Of a stretch of 64,000 nucleotides of DNA, positions 45,364 through 54,819 are shown piece by piece (within the stretch, counting starts at the first letter, position 1; every line of letters starts with the position of its first letter). Location: sequence record PZ386970.1, one strand, 5' to 3'. The position numbers were made by a program, and so were the translations under genes. The notes below the pieces were generated by a model that did no database searches, was not told the DNA's origin, and worked only from the letters and a program-made list of their open reading frames with translations. This DNA comes from a phage.

Positions 45364-46177
45364 ATTGCACCTTAAATTTACCATAAATTATACTGTGATA
45401 ACTTAAATCAGGAAAACCTTCTGCGACGGCTAAAGGTCTAAACTTCTTAGGACTTATTCTACCACATTTTACCCAAAGAGTATATAGTGCTTCATAATAT
45501 TCAAATAATGGTCCTTTACGAGCTTCAGAAACAGTTTTACGCACTTTGTCCTTTATTGACGGGTCTAAATTTCTAAGGGTTTCACTAATTTTGTTTCGAT
45601 GGGTTTCATTAATAAGATTTCCTTTAACCCAGCCTTCAGGTTCAGTCCCTGGGACAAACATTTTCTTTTCTTTGCCATTATTATACCATTTGCGACCTTT
45701 ATTGTGACTAGAGGCTTTATATTCAGGAGAACGACCTTTTACATTACCTTCTGGTATATAAGGTAGAAAACTTTGTTCTAACGTTTCAGGGTTGTATGAG
45801 TGTATATGGCCTTTACCATTATGTGAGCCGTACAATGGGTGCTCTTCTTTTGGAAGTGATAATCCGAAAAATCCTTTAGGAGCAGCAATTGCTTTATTCA
45901 TATACATCGGGTTATTGGCAGCATCCACCTTTAGTTGGAGTAAACGTTCAGCTTTTGTCGCTTCTTCTCTTGTGGCGTGTTCACTTACAATACATGAATC
46001 AAAAAGATGTGGATTCATTTTTAGTTCAGAATTGTAAATTTCCTTATACGCTTTTGATAAAACCGTTCCGTGATATCCAGCTTTATGTTTTGCAATATTT
46101 GTGGAACCTATATAAAACGGTGGAAGTTTGTCACCATCATAAATCGTAAAATATACTATGTACATGTTATTCTCCAT
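45350..46177 (-). CDS. GIY-YIG homing endonuclease (Seg-like) with NUMOD-type repeats
   Basis: MYIVYFTIYDGDKLPPFYIGST GIY-YIG-like core; repeated basic GKxHxxYN / KGRKWYNNG motifs; occupies the T4 alpha-gt slot next to 47. Confidence 0.6.
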   Translation of the reverse strand: MENNMYIVYFTIYDGDKLPPFYIGSTNIAKHKAGYHGTVLSKAYKEIYNSELKMNPHLFDSCIVSEHATREEATKAERLLQLKVDAANNPMYMNKAIAAPKGFFGLSLPKEEHPLYGSHNGKGHIHSYNPETLEQSFLPYIPEGNVKGRSPEYKASSHNKGRKWYNNGKEKKMFVPGTEPEGWVKGNLINETHRNKISETLRNLDPSIKDKVRKTVSEARKGPLFEYYEALYTLWVKCGRISPKKFRPLAVAEGFPDLSYHSIIYGKFKVQYENS

Positions 46178-46185
46178 TTTGTATA

Positions 46186-46220
46186 GAAATTACTATATCA
46201 TAGTTTATACTGTTTGTAAA
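46186..46220 (-). promoter_or_regulatory. early-type promoter (GTTTACA, 18 nt, TATAGT)
   Basis: drives the GIY-YIG gene. Confidence 0.5.
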
Positions 46221-46227
46221 CCCTAGA

Positions 46228-46254
46228 AACGAGAAAAGGAACTCCGAAGAGTTC
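46228..46254 (-). terminator. UUCG-tetraloop terminator (GGAACUC-UUCG-GAGUUCC plus U-rich tail)
   Basis: 7-bp stem followed by UUUUCUCGUUU. Confidence 0.55.
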
Positions 46255-46428
46255 CTATCCACATAGTACACCGTACAGAGGCTCATTTGAACTTTTAAAT
46301 CGAATGGGCTTGTATGTAATAGTTCCTTCGGCAGAAGCTTTATCATAAGACTCTTTAAAACGTCTCATTCTTTCTGCTTTGCCTTTACGGATTTTATCGA
46401 AATTTTCAGAAGTCGGGATGTTCGTCAT
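46255..46428 (-). CDS. hypothetical small basic protein (about 57 aa)
   Basis: manual translation MTNIPTSENFDKIRKGKAERMRRF...; coordinates approximate to 1 nt. Confidence 0.25.
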   Translation of the reverse strand: MTNIPTSENFDKIRKGKAERMRRFKESYDKASAEGTITYKPIRFKSSNEPLYGVLCG

Positions 46429-46467
46429 GCATAAGCACCTCTCAGAAAATGCCTAAATCGATTTCTC

Positions 46468-46674
46468 TCATCGTTTCCACCATTTCTTAACTTGAAATGA
46501 ATCAACCCACACGAGTTGTTTTGGGTCTGCCTTTACAATAGGCAGACAAATTTCTGTAATAGAACCGTCGTGATATTCCTTTTCAGAAATTTTAACACAA
46601 AGAGGACCTCCCAATTTAAGGGTGAACCCTGCGTTCAGCTTCAGACGTTTAAACTTTGTTTGAACTAGCGCCAT
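46468..46674 (-). CDS. hypothetical protein (about 68 aa)
   Basis: ORF; start uncertain. Confidence 0.3.
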   Translation of the reverse strand: MALVQTKFKRLKLNAGFTLKLGGPLCVKISEKEYHDGSITEICLPIVKADPKQLVWVDSFQVKKWWKR

Positions 46675-46972
46675 TAATGATGTCCTCAATAGCCTGACGA
46701 GTAGTAACCCACTGGATTTTAATTAACTTGTCATTATATGGTTGTCGTAGAATATCCCGAGATTTCTTAATAGCATATTCGTAAGCTTCGAAGTTGTTTT
46801 GAATTGCTGCTTCTTGAGCATGAGCATAAAGACGGTTTAGCTCAAAACGATTCTTTTTAAGAATCTTTTCGGATTTTTTACGTGCTTCAGCTTCATTTTT
46901 CTTTTGTATTTCTTGTAGCATTTTGGCTACTGCATCTTCTGCTTCTTTATTTTCAATAATCTCGGTAGTCAT
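46649..46972 (-). CDS. hypothetical protein (107 aa)
   Basis: ORF only. Confidence 0.45.
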   Translation of the reverse strand: MTTEIIENKEAEDAVAKMLQEIQKKNEAEARKKSEKILKKNRFELNRLYAHAQEAAIQNNFEAYEYAIKKSRDILRQPYNDKLIKIQWVTTRQAIEDIINGASSNKV

Positions 46973-46973
46973 A

Positions 46974-47189
46974 TTATCTCATTAAATTAAAATAAAAACG
47001 TCCGTCCTCTTCAATACAGAACTCGTACTCAACTGGAGTCCCATTTATCGAAAATGACACGTCATGTGGGTTCAAAGGGTCGATGTCAAAATTAATTTTA
47101 AATTCTCTACCCAACAGTTTTACCAAATAAGGGATTGCTTCGTCAAAAGGTTCTTCTAAGTAGTTAGAGATGTCAATTGTTATCCTCAT
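46974..47189 (-). CDS. hypothetical protein (71 aa from MRITIDIS)
   Basis: track start overlaps gene 55 by 95 nt; trimmed. Confidence 0.35.
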   Translation of the reverse strand: MRITIDISNYLEEPFDEAIPYLVKLLGREFKINFDIDPLNPHDVSFSINGTPVEYEFCIEEDGRFYFNLMR

Positions 47190-47730
47190 ATAAAAAATCC
47201 AAACTAGGCGAATCGCTAACAACTTCCTTCTTTTCAGCCCCAGGAGCTTTATAAGCTGATTCTTCATAATGCGTCATTTTATCGTAGATGTCTTGAATAA
47301 ACGTTTCATCTACCAACGCTACCATATCATCGTCATGACTGTCGTAGACATTATGAACGAAGTAACTATATTTCTTTGCAACTTCCTTACGTTCTTTTTT
47401 GATACGTTGGACAAAAGCATTAAAACAAGCTCGAGTTATGTATGCATGTGGGTTATTGTACTTAGTTTCGTCGAAATTATGAAGTCCCTTAATAGAGGCT
47501 TCAATCCCATCTGCAATCATCTCCTGCTTCCAAGACTGGGTATATCCTGAAAAGTTGAAACGTTTGGACAGGCCTTCGGCGATAAGCATAATTGCTAAAC
47601 CGATGGTATCATTCTGACGAATAATTTTGTTTGGGTCTTTATTATTTAAGAGCTCCTTTTTCCACTCGATTATAGCGGCGAGAAGCTCTTTATTATTCAC
47701 ATAGTTATTTTTAGGTTTTTGTTCAGTCAT
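47173..47730 (-). CDS. 55: late sigma factor gp55
   Basis: 185 aa; [24 protein letters not shown]...; matches T4 gp55. Confidence 0.85.
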   Translation of the reverse strand: MTEQKPKNNYVNNKELLAAIIEWKKELLNNKDPNKIIRQNDTIGLAIMLIAEGLSKRFNFSGYTQSWKQEMIADGIEASIKGLHNFDETKYNNPHAYITRACFNAFVQRIKKERKEVAKKYSYFVHNVYDSHDDDMVALVDETFIQDIYDKMTHYEESAYKAPGAEKKEVVSDSPSLDFLYEDNN

Positions 47731-47754
47731 AAGTACCTCTTAGCTCAATTCATA

Positions 47755-47790
47755 GGTCTATTATATCATAATATTTAGAGACCTATCTTA
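47755..47790 (-). promoter_or_regulatory. promoter upstream of gene 55 with TATAAT and flanking inverted copies of the ATAGGTCT motif
   Basis: TATAAT then AGACCTATGAATTG; second ATAGGTCT copy in opposite orientation replaces the usual -35. Confidence 0.4.
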
Positions 47791-47802
47791 AAGCACGAGA
47801 TA

Positions 47803-48072
47803 CTATCGGAGCAAACAATAAGCCTGAAACACTTTTTCCATTAAACGTTTGAACTCATGGATATCGATATAAAGCTCAGTAAGACCGGCATTATAAAGAA
47901 AATCTAAAAAGTTCTCATGTGTTTCGTTATAGTCGCCTTCGTTTAATTGAGATACATGAGTTTCCCAAAAACCAACACCTTTAACGAATGGAAAATACGT
48001 GACTTTCATGTATTCGTCAACATAAAATTCGCCAAGCTTTTCTTCTGTTATAGAAATTCGAGATAGTTTCAT
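47803..48072 (-). CDS. hypothetical protein (89 aa)
   Basis: ORF only. Confidence 0.45.
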   Translation of the reverse strand: MKLSRISITEEKLGEFYVDEYMKVTYFPFVKGVGFWETHVSQLNEGDYNETHENFLDFLYNAGLTELYIDIHEFKRLMEKVFQAYCLLR

Positions 48073-48296
48073 TCTATTTCCTTTGCTGCTTCAAGAGCAG
48101 CATCCAGCGAATCAAATTGGTCAACGAAATCAATATTCAACGCATCGTCAACCGTAGCATATAACCACCATTGTTTGAATTCATATTCTAGGATAAATCC
48201 AGGCCCTTCAATCTGAGGAAGACCTAGACTATTTGTACCAACTTCGTAACCAGCTAGACGCAGGTCATTAATCAAAGTTTCTGTTAATACGCTCAT
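48069..48296 (-). CDS. hypothetical acidic protein (75 aa)
   Basis: ATGA-coupled. Confidence 0.45.
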   Translation of the reverse strand: MSVLTETLINDLRLAGYEVGTNSLGLPQIEGPGFILEYEFKQWWLYATVDDALNIDFVDQFDSLDAALEAAKEIE

Positions 48297-48673
48297 TTTA
48301 CCGCCTTAACAATTTTCAGGTCAGCGAATTTTTTCTTACGTTGATTTTTCATACGACGGATAGTCTTTTCAGAGATTTCATGTTTCTGATAAGCTTTAGA
48401 TTCAACACCAAATGCAGCAACGTCAAATTCAGAAAGAATATATTGTACTAGAATTTCACGAATAGAATTACGTCCAATTTTCTGGTCGTGTTTTTGCATG
48501 ATTTCATAAAGACGGAATTCCCACGCGTCAAGAACTTGAGGAGTAACAATATTGCCGGATTCCAGAAGAGCAACAACTTTATCGAAAGCGAAAGAATTAA
48601 CTACGTTTTTGATTTTAGTAGACATATTATTTTCCTCGGTTATTTTATTATCCAACGAGAGAATTATACTCAT
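48293..48673 (-). CDS. hypothetical protein (126 aa)
   Basis: ORF only. Confidence 0.45.
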   Translation of the reverse strand: MSIILSLDNKITEENNMSTKIKNVVNSFAFDKVVALLESGNIVTPQVLDAWEFRLYEIMQKHDQKIGRNSIREILVQYILSEFDVAAFGVESKAYQKHEISEKTIRRMKNQRKKKFADLKIVKAVK

Positions 48674-48691
48674 CTCCCAAGAGTTTGTATA

Positions 48692-48931
48692 TTATTTTTT
48701 AAGCATGAAAAGTAAGTAATTTGTATCACGTGGAGTAATATCAACACCCATATCAAAGATGCCTTTATAGATTGGGTATTTGTTTTCGGTTGTATCGAAG
48801 CTGAAACTATTTCCATCACAACTAACAGTAATAGCATCTGTTAAAATGTCATACTCAACCCTAACAATTGAATCCCCAATTTTAACGTCGAGGTGTTTTT
48901 TGAATTTGATAAAATCTAATTCTTGGGCCAT
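48692..48931 (-). CDS. hypothetical protein (79 aa)
   Basis: ORF only. Confidence 0.45.
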   Translation of the reverse strand: MAQELDFIKFKKHLDVKIGDSIVRVEYDILTDAITVSCDGNSFSFDTTENKYPIYKGIFDMGVDITPRDTNYLLFMLKK

Positions 48932-48994
48932 GATATTTTCCTCATTTTAAGACGATAGGAAGACATGTTATTATCTTCCTATCGTTGTACATTA

Positions 48995-49207
48995 TTAACC
49001 GAACTTTTTAGCGCCTTTCCAGCCTTCGTACATAACTGCACAAGTCAGTAGTACAGCGTGCTGGCATTCTTTGTATTTGTAAATCCAGAACCAGCGTAAG
49101 AAGTCTTCATCCTCAACGCCGTTGAGTTTCATATTGGCAAAGAATTCGGCACGTTCTTCACGAAGTTGCCATGACACAATATTTTCAGGATTCATTTTGT
49201 GTTCCAC
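48995..49207 (-). CDS. hypothetical protein (70 aa)
   Basis: ORF only. Confidence 0.4.
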   Translation of the reverse strand: MEHKMNPENIVSWQLREERAEFFANMKLNGVEDEDFLRWFWIYKYKECQHAVLLTCAVMYEGWKGAKKFG

Positions 49208-49333
49208 GCCCCATTTTCATCGATGAACTTAATCCAGTCATTTACAGACCATTTAGTTGTATCACCCTTTGGATTAACATTTAAAGTATATAATCCCTGC
49301 TTAAAAAGCATTCGTTTGATATTCATAATTTCC

Positions 49334-49627
49334 TCAACTGTAACGATAACATTCGTTAGCTTTACGTTTGGCTTCAGTATGAGAAGTATTATAATCATAC
49401 TCTTCTTTACTGTAAACATCTTTTTTCAACTTACGAACTTCTTTGCGGAGTTGTCGATTCATTTCATTCTTGACTTCAGAATCAACACCTTTCATACGTT
49501 TCCATTTATCTGAGCGGAAGATGTTTTCAACCATGTTTTTGTGGCTAACACCATCAGGAGCTTTACGCTTACCAAAATAGTCGTAATCGCGAACTTTCAA
49601 ATCTTTACGACGATATGTTTTACCCAT
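49334..49627 (-). CDS. hypothetical highly basic protein (97 aa from MGKTYRRKD)
   Basis: Lys/Arg-rich; start trimmed. Confidence 0.4.
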   Translation of the reverse strand: MGKTYRRKDLKVRDYDYFGKRKAPDGVSHKNMVENIFRSDKWKRMKGVDSEVKNEMNRQLRKEVRKLKKDVYSKEEYDYNTSHTEAKRKANECYRYS

Positions 49628-49634
49628 AAGTACC

Positions 49635-49883
49635 TCAGAGGTTGATTGATACAATGCGTTTGATAAAATTCACTTCACTTACTGAAAGGTCTTTAAGACC
49701 GATTGATTCTAAACGCTGAGTAAGCGTCAACATCGGGATATAGTCCCATTGAGTTTTAGACGCTTGATAAGTACGAACGCCATTAGCAATTTCAACATGC
49801 AAATTTGAAATGGTAACGAATACCAGACGCTCATCATTAACTTTAAGGGTTAGAACAACTTTCTTTGAATCTAAACTAATCAT
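49635..49883 (-). CDS. hypothetical protein (82 aa)
   Basis: ORF downstream of promoter 49900-49940. Confidence 0.45.
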   Translation of the reverse strand: MISLDSKKVVLTLKVNDERLVFVTISNLHVEIANGVRTYQASKTQWDYIPMLTLTQRLESIGLKDLSVSEVNFIKRIVSINL

Positions 49884-49899
49884 TTTATTTTCCTCTATA

Positions 49900-49940
49900 G
49901 TAGTTGGTTTAATCTTAACATATCTATCGAGGATGTAAAC
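49900..49940 (-). promoter_or_regulatory. early-type promoter (GTTTACA, 17 nt, TAAGAT)
   Basis: same architecture as 20895-20934. Confidence 0.45.
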
Positions 49941-50030
49941 TGTTTTATGAAAATATTTTTATTTGAGAGGGGCACAAGGAGATAGTGAAGTGAAGATTCC
50001 AATGGATTATATTAGAAATAGGATAAAGAA

Positions 50031-50050
50031 GACCAGGCGGCACCTGGTCA
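50031..50050 (-). terminator. hairpin (GACCAGG-loop-CCUGGUC) with U-rich tail 3' of glutaredoxin gene
   Basis: 7-bp stem followed by UUCUUUAUCCUAUUU. Confidence 0.4.
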
Positions 50051-50371
50051 ATCTTCTATGATATCAGAGTCGTATCCTAATGAAATCAAAGACTTTTTAA
50101 ACTCTGCAATATTCTTTTGTTTCTTATCATTTAAAAATATGACAGGATAACGAATATTAAGTGAAGTGAATCCTGCACGTTTAGCAAGAGATACGATTAA
50201 AGGACGGTCATATTCAATCTTACCATTATTAGTGAGGACTTTATAAAATGTATAAGGAGCATTGAGCTCCTTTAAAAGTTTTGTAACAGTATAACATCCT
50301 GGACAACGTCCTACTTCTTCAGGGATGCCGTAGATTTCAATCTTATTCTTTAAGTTCGAGTTTTGTTCCAC
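50048..50371 (-). CDS. nrdH: glutaredoxin-like protein (NrdH-like), probable GTG start
   Basis: CPGC redox motif in IEIYGIPEEVGRCPGCY; no in-frame ATG after upstream stop, GTG at 50371 in frame. Confidence 0.5.
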   Translation of the reverse strand: MEQNSNLKNKIEIYGIPEEVGRCPGCYTVTKLLKELNAPYTFYKVLTNNGKIEYDRPLIVSLAKRAGFTSLNIRYPVIFLNDKKQKNIAEFKKSLISLGYDSDIIED

Positions 50372-50654
50372 GAGAAATAATTCCTTGATAAGCCCAATAA
50401 GGAGGATTAACAGAATCCTCACCCGAGTTTTCTTCAGGAAAATAAACCTGGATAACAAATCCAGATGCATCAAAGGTAAAATAAACCGTAGGCAGTTCAC
50501 CTAACAATTCGGCACGAGCGTTGATTTCTTCGAGGTCTTGTTCACGTCCAGCCCAAAAACTAGGATTTAGACTACATTCGTAAAAATAATAGTCATTACC
50601 GAACATATCAAACCCCTTCCAACTCTCTACCACGTACCGCTCAAAACTAATCAT
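50343..50654 (-). CDS. hypothetical acidic protein (103 aa)
   Basis: ATG ORF. Confidence 0.45.
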   Translation of the reverse strand: MISFERYVVESWKGFDMFGNDYYFYECSLNPSFWAGREQDLEEINARAELLGELPTVYFTFDASGFVIQVYFPEENSGEDSVNPPYWAYQGIISRGTKLELKE

Positions 50655-50656
50655 AA

Positions 50657-50872
50657 TTAAGCCTTTTTATCAAGAACAGAATTCAGTTTGTTAGTAATTT
50701 TGTCCAGACGCTCATTGAACTCACTAGAAGATAAGCCCTTTTCCGGAGAAATTAAACTAATCACGAAAAATACACCAGTAAAAGGAATAAGAAAAATAGC
50801 TCCAACTGCCATAAACAGAAAGAATGTTACAGTTGTAAGAAAATCAGCTAAACCTTTACGAAATTTATACAT
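50657..50872 (-). CDS. small membrane protein (71 aa)
   Basis: two TM helices. Confidence 0.45.
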   Translation of the reverse strand: MYKFRKGLADFLTTVTFFLFMAVGAIFLIPFTGVFFVISLISPEKGLSSSEFNERLDKITNKLNSVLDKKA

Positions 50873-50983
50873 ATTTACCCTTAATTAATTAACCAAGCGT
50901 TGATAAGCAAACCATATTGCGAATAAAATTCTGGACCAAAATGAAAAATCATATCATTTATAGTATCCATAATGTAGTTCAAT

Positions 50984-51454
50984 TTAATCATGTTTCCACA
51001 CCCCATCGGTATTTGACCAAAGTCGCTGATTATCTGATCCTCGCCACAGCTTTTTGGTCGGAAGATTTTTCTCATACTTCCCATCAATAATAACATCAAC
51101 ATATTTAAGCATTTCTAGCTGTTTAATATCTTCAAACTTATATCCTGTCCACAACCAAATGCTTTTATTAGGATAAAGATTTTTTACTGTTTGAACAATG
51201 CAATGAATAACATCTCGGTTATCAGGATAGAGAGGGTCACCTCCGGTTATAGTCAATCCTTCTATATAATCATTATTCAAACATTCAATTAATTGTTCTA
51301 GTGTTTCACCAGTGAATGGAATACCATTTCTAGCATTCCATGTTGATTTATTATAACACCCTTCGCATTTATGCAAACACCCTGTAACGAAAAGAACGAC
51401 CCTACAACCAGGGCCATTCACAAAATCGCAAGGATAAAACCTATCATAATTCAT
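50984..51454 (-). CDS. nrdG: anaerobic ribonucleotide reductase activating protein NrdG (radical SAM)
   Basis: 156 aa; CLHKCEGC (CxxxCxxC) radical-SAM motif, GGDP. Confidence 0.85.
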   Translation of the reverse strand: MNYDRFYPCDFVNGPGCRVVLFVTGCLHKCEGCYNKSTWNARNGIPFTGETLEQLIECLNNDYIEGLTITGGDPLYPDNRDVIHCIVQTVKNLYPNKSIWLWTGYKFEDIKQLEMLKYVDVIIDGKYEKNLPTKKLWRGSDNQRLWSNTDGVWKHD

Positions 51455-52751
51455 TGGTGTTTAACCCTATGCATGATTTCTTTATTTTTACCGAGATTAA
51501 ATCCGCGTTCGTTCGGATTTCCCAAATAGCCGCATGTTCTTCTTATGGTGTTCATCTTTTTAGGATCAGTTTCTCCACAAACTGAACAAACAAATCCGTT
51601 TTCAGTAGGAGTCATTTCATGAGTACTTCCGCATGTAAAACATTTATCCACTGGCATATTAACACCAAAATAATCTAAATGTTGTGCAGCATAATCCCAG
51701 ACAGCCTCAAGACCCTTTAAATTGTTTTTCATATCTGGAAGTTCAACATAAGAAATGTGACCACCTGTCGCAATGAAATGATATGGCGCTTCACGAGAAA
51801 TCTTTTCAAATGGAGTAATATTTTCTTCTACTGAAACATGGAAACTGTTAGTGTACCAGCCTTTATCGGTAACATCTTTTACACTTCCATATTTTTCTGT
51901 GTCTAGTTTACAGAAACGATAACAAAGGTTTTCAGCAGGAGTAGAATACAAACTAAAAGCAAATCCAGTTCTTTCAGTCCACTGTTTAAGATGAGCATTC
52001 ATTTTAGTTAAAATTTCTTGCCCAATATCACGACCAACAAGAATATTCAATTCATGAATACCAATGTATCCTAAAGACACTGAACTTCTACCATTTTTAA
52101 ATAACTCAATTATGTCATCATCAGGTTTAAGACGAACCCCGAATGCACCTTCTTGGTAAAGAATAGGAGCAACAGTCGCTTTAACTCCTTTTAAGGAACT
52201 AATTCTACACATCAAAGCTTCAAAACATAAATCCATTCGTTCATTGAATAATTCAACAAATTTCTGTTCATTGAACTGTGTTCCAATATAAGAATCTAAT
52301 GCGATACGAGGAAGATTCAGTGTTACAACACCGAGATTATTACGTCCATCAAGAATTTCATTACCAGTCGAATCTTTCCATACACTCAAGAAACTACGGC
52401 AGCCCATTGGAGAAACAGGAACAGATGAACCGGTAATAGCTTTATTATTCTTAACAGAAATAATGTCAGGATACATTCTTTTGCTTGCACATTCTAACGC
52501 AAGTTGTTTAATATCATAGTTCGGATCATCTTTATAAAGATTAACACCCTCTTCAACAAACATAACAAGTTTAGGAAAAATAGGAGTTATCCCATCACGA
52601 CCAAGACCTTTAATACGATTTTTCAGAATTGCTTTCTGAATCATTCGTTCAGTCCAGTCAGTTCCCGTACCAAATGTAATTGTTACAAAAGGCGTTTGTC
52701 CATTAGAGCTGAAAAGTGTATTTACTTCATCATTATATTCAGCATGAGTCG
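51451..52751 (-). CDS. nrdD: anaerobic ribonucleoside-triphosphate reductase NrdD, exon 2
   Basis: C-terminal CxxC...C and glycyl-radical region (RTCGYLG); 5' boundary predicted from intron terminal G and reading-frame continuity. Confidence 0.75.
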
Positions 52752-52756
52752 CAAAT

Positions 52757-53527
52757 TCATGCCCGTTTATATGAAACAACAAAATTTGGATAGTCCATAG
52801 ATATGCAACGTTCTTTTATAGTGCTAGGATGAAAATTTAGCGCTTTAGCTGCTTCTATATAAGACGTATACTTAATACCGTCAACAACCACATATTCAGG
52901 AACTTTATGAATAGTAGTCTTAATACTCAAAACAAGAGGATGAGTTTCGACTTCACTTTCAGTGCAATTTAAATATTCCGCTGCTTTTTTAAAACTTCTA
53001 AAAGTTTTATTTTTAAGCTTTATCGATACTTGTTTTTTACTTTTTCGACTATTGATATTATTTTGCACATGTTCCTTAGATCTTCCATTTTTAGCATAAT
53101 ATTCAGCTACAGAAGATTTTATATTGTTTTTATGAGATTTGGATAACACTTTACCCTTATGAGCATCTCTTAATTTTTGAATATGTTCTTCAGTATCCGG
53201 ATGTTTATAAAACTTTTTACCGCCTATGGATTTATTTAAACATTTTTTGCTATAAAAATATTTACGTATGACCTCTTCTTCATGTTTTAATGCATCTTTA
53301 TAACTATCAAATGTTTTTAAAATTATCCATTTAGTAGGTGTATCAGTTTTTAAGCGTTCATTTATATACTTAGATGACGTTGTGTAAGTTTTCCAGTTTG
53401 TGGGCTTGTTTTTAATTGTTCTAAATTTTTTATAACCGATATAAATGTCGCCATTAGAAAACTTAACTAAGTATGTAAATGCGTCTTTATCTTTTATTTT
53501 AGTACAACGTCTTTTTATCCATTTCAT
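52757..53527 (-). CDS. intron-encoded GIY-YIG homing endonuclease (I-TevII-like)
   Basis: 256 aa; FTYLVKFSNGDIYIGYKKF GIY-YIG core, NUMOD-like repeats, C-terminal HTH-like IKYTSYIEAAKALNFHPSTI; own RBS GAGGTG. Confidence 0.75.
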   Translation of the reverse strand: MKWIKRRCTKIKDKDAFTYLVKFSNGDIYIGYKKFRTIKNKPTNWKTYTTSSKYINERLKTDTPTKWIILKTFDSYKDALKHEEEVIRKYFYSKKCLNKSIGGKKFYKHPDTEEHIQKLRDAHKGKVLSKSHKNNIKSSVAEYYAKNGRSKEHVQNNINSRKSKKQVSIKLKNKTFRSFKKAAEYLNCTESEVETHPLVLSIKTTIHKVPEYVVVDGIKYTSYIEAAKALNFHPSTIKERCISMDYPNFVVSYKRA

Positions 53528-53556
53528 TGTTTCACCTCGTATTCATAAGATAATCT

Positions 53557-53564
53557 TATTTATA
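53557..53564 (-). promoter_or_regulatory. late promoter TATAAATA inside the intron, upstream of the homing endonuclease ORF
   Basis: exact TATAAATA about 30 nt before the ATG; T4 intron endonucleases are late-expressed. Confidence 0.5.
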
Positions 53565-53776
53565 CAAGATGACTGCTGCATGTCGCCATGCAGATTAGAC
53601 TATATCTTCATCTTTCGATGCCGGCCGTTTCGAATAGCATTAGCTTCTATTCTACACCGTTACATTCATCACGGTTAGTCGTTAGGCATTTAGTTCAAAA
53701 GAACATTTAGCACGGGATTGTCTTACTAGAGAGGTTCCCCGTTTAGACCGGTTTTACATGAGCCTGAATTAAATTA

Positions 53777-54314
53777 ACTCATACGCCTGAAATGCATCGT
53801 ATACATCTTTTTCTGTTTTAGATTGAGCATAATTCAACGCATCAGCGATTTGCCATTTTTCTGCATCCTCAATATGTTTTGCATAGGTGCGTTTAACATA
53901 AGGAGAAAGTACTTTATCTACATTTGCAAAAGTCGTTCCGCCGTATTGATGGGAAGCAACCTGTGCAGTAATTTGTGCCATAATTGCAGTAGCAACGCCA
54001 ATTGATTTAGGAGTTTCAATCTGTGCATTACCTAGCTTAAATCCATTTTCAAGCATTCCTTTTAAATCTACTAAACAGCAATTAGTAAAAGGAAGAGCAG
54101 GGGAATAATCAATATCGTGCACGTGAATAATTCCGCTTTCATGCGCTTTCATAATAAAAGACGGGACCATATTTTTGGCAATGTGTTTAGACACAATACC
54201 AGCCATAAGGTCCCGTTGAGTTGGAAAAACACGAGAATCTTTATTAGCATTCTCGTTCAAAAGATCTTTATTAGTTTTATGAATTAATCCTTCAATTTCT
54301 TTTTCAATTTTCAT
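53777..54314 (-). CDS. nrdD: anaerobic ribonucleoside-triphosphate reductase NrdD, exon 1
   Basis: 181-aa ORF ends in a stop just inside the intron; exon ends at U of GAGU predicted by P1 pairing. Confidence 0.75.
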
Positions 54315-54784
54315 TTTAAACTCTTTCTAAGCTGCTTTTTGAATGAAGCTATTAATTGTGGTTTAGTATCAGATTCATTATATTCAAATCCTCTTTGAAG
54401 CATCTCAGCCATCATTTCCTCTTTACCTAAACGAGAAAATTCCTTTGATTTATCTCCAACAAAATTAGGATGGATATTATTATCAGAATAATCTTGTTTC
54501 AAATAAGCAAGAAGAGCTTCAAGCCATTCTAGGTAGTCGACATCACGGCCTTTAAGACCAGAACGGTTGAACTTATGCTTCATTTGACCTTCTGCTGCGT
54601 TGCACAGATTACAGAGTAATCCACGAACTCTACCGGCTTTTGGCCCGTTTAATTCGTGGTCGTGGTCAAGATGGTTACCTTGAACATCAGGGTCTAATTC
54701 ACGGTGGCAAATAGGACACTTACCGTTCTGTGCATCATAAAATTTTTGTTTTTCTTCTTTATATTTTGCGCCTGATAATAACAT
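54311..54784 (-). CDS. 49: endonuclease VII (Holliday junction resolvase), gp49
   Basis: 157 aa; CPICHRELD...HLDHDHELNGPKAGRVRGLLCNLCN matches T4 endo VII. Confidence 0.9.
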   Translation of the reverse strand: MLLSGAKYKEEKQKFYDAQNGKCPICHRELDPDVQGNHLDHDHELNGPKAGRVRGLLCNLCNAAEGQMKHKFNRSGLKGRDVDYLEWLEALLAYLKQDYSDNNIHPNFVGDKSKEFSRLGKEEMMAEMLQRGFEYNESDTKPQLIASFKKQLRKSLK

Positions 54785-54819
54785 GATAAACCCTTACCTT
54801 AAATAGATAAGGGTATTTA

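Larger units (their letters stand above)
52752..53776 (-). mobile_element. group I intron (T4 td/sunY-like) interrupting nrdD, carrying a homing endonuclease ORF in its 3' part
   Basis: 5' core UCUAAACGGGGAACCUCUCUAGUAAGACAAUCCCGUGCUAAAU nearly identical to the T4 td intron core; P1 pairing exon UGAGU with internal GCUCA; ends in G. Confidence 0.8.

Noticed and set aside
51451-54314. nrdD as two separate genes or a pseudogene
   Set aside because: The intervening sequence has a group I intron core and P1 pairing, and exon phases are compatible with a continuous NrdD.
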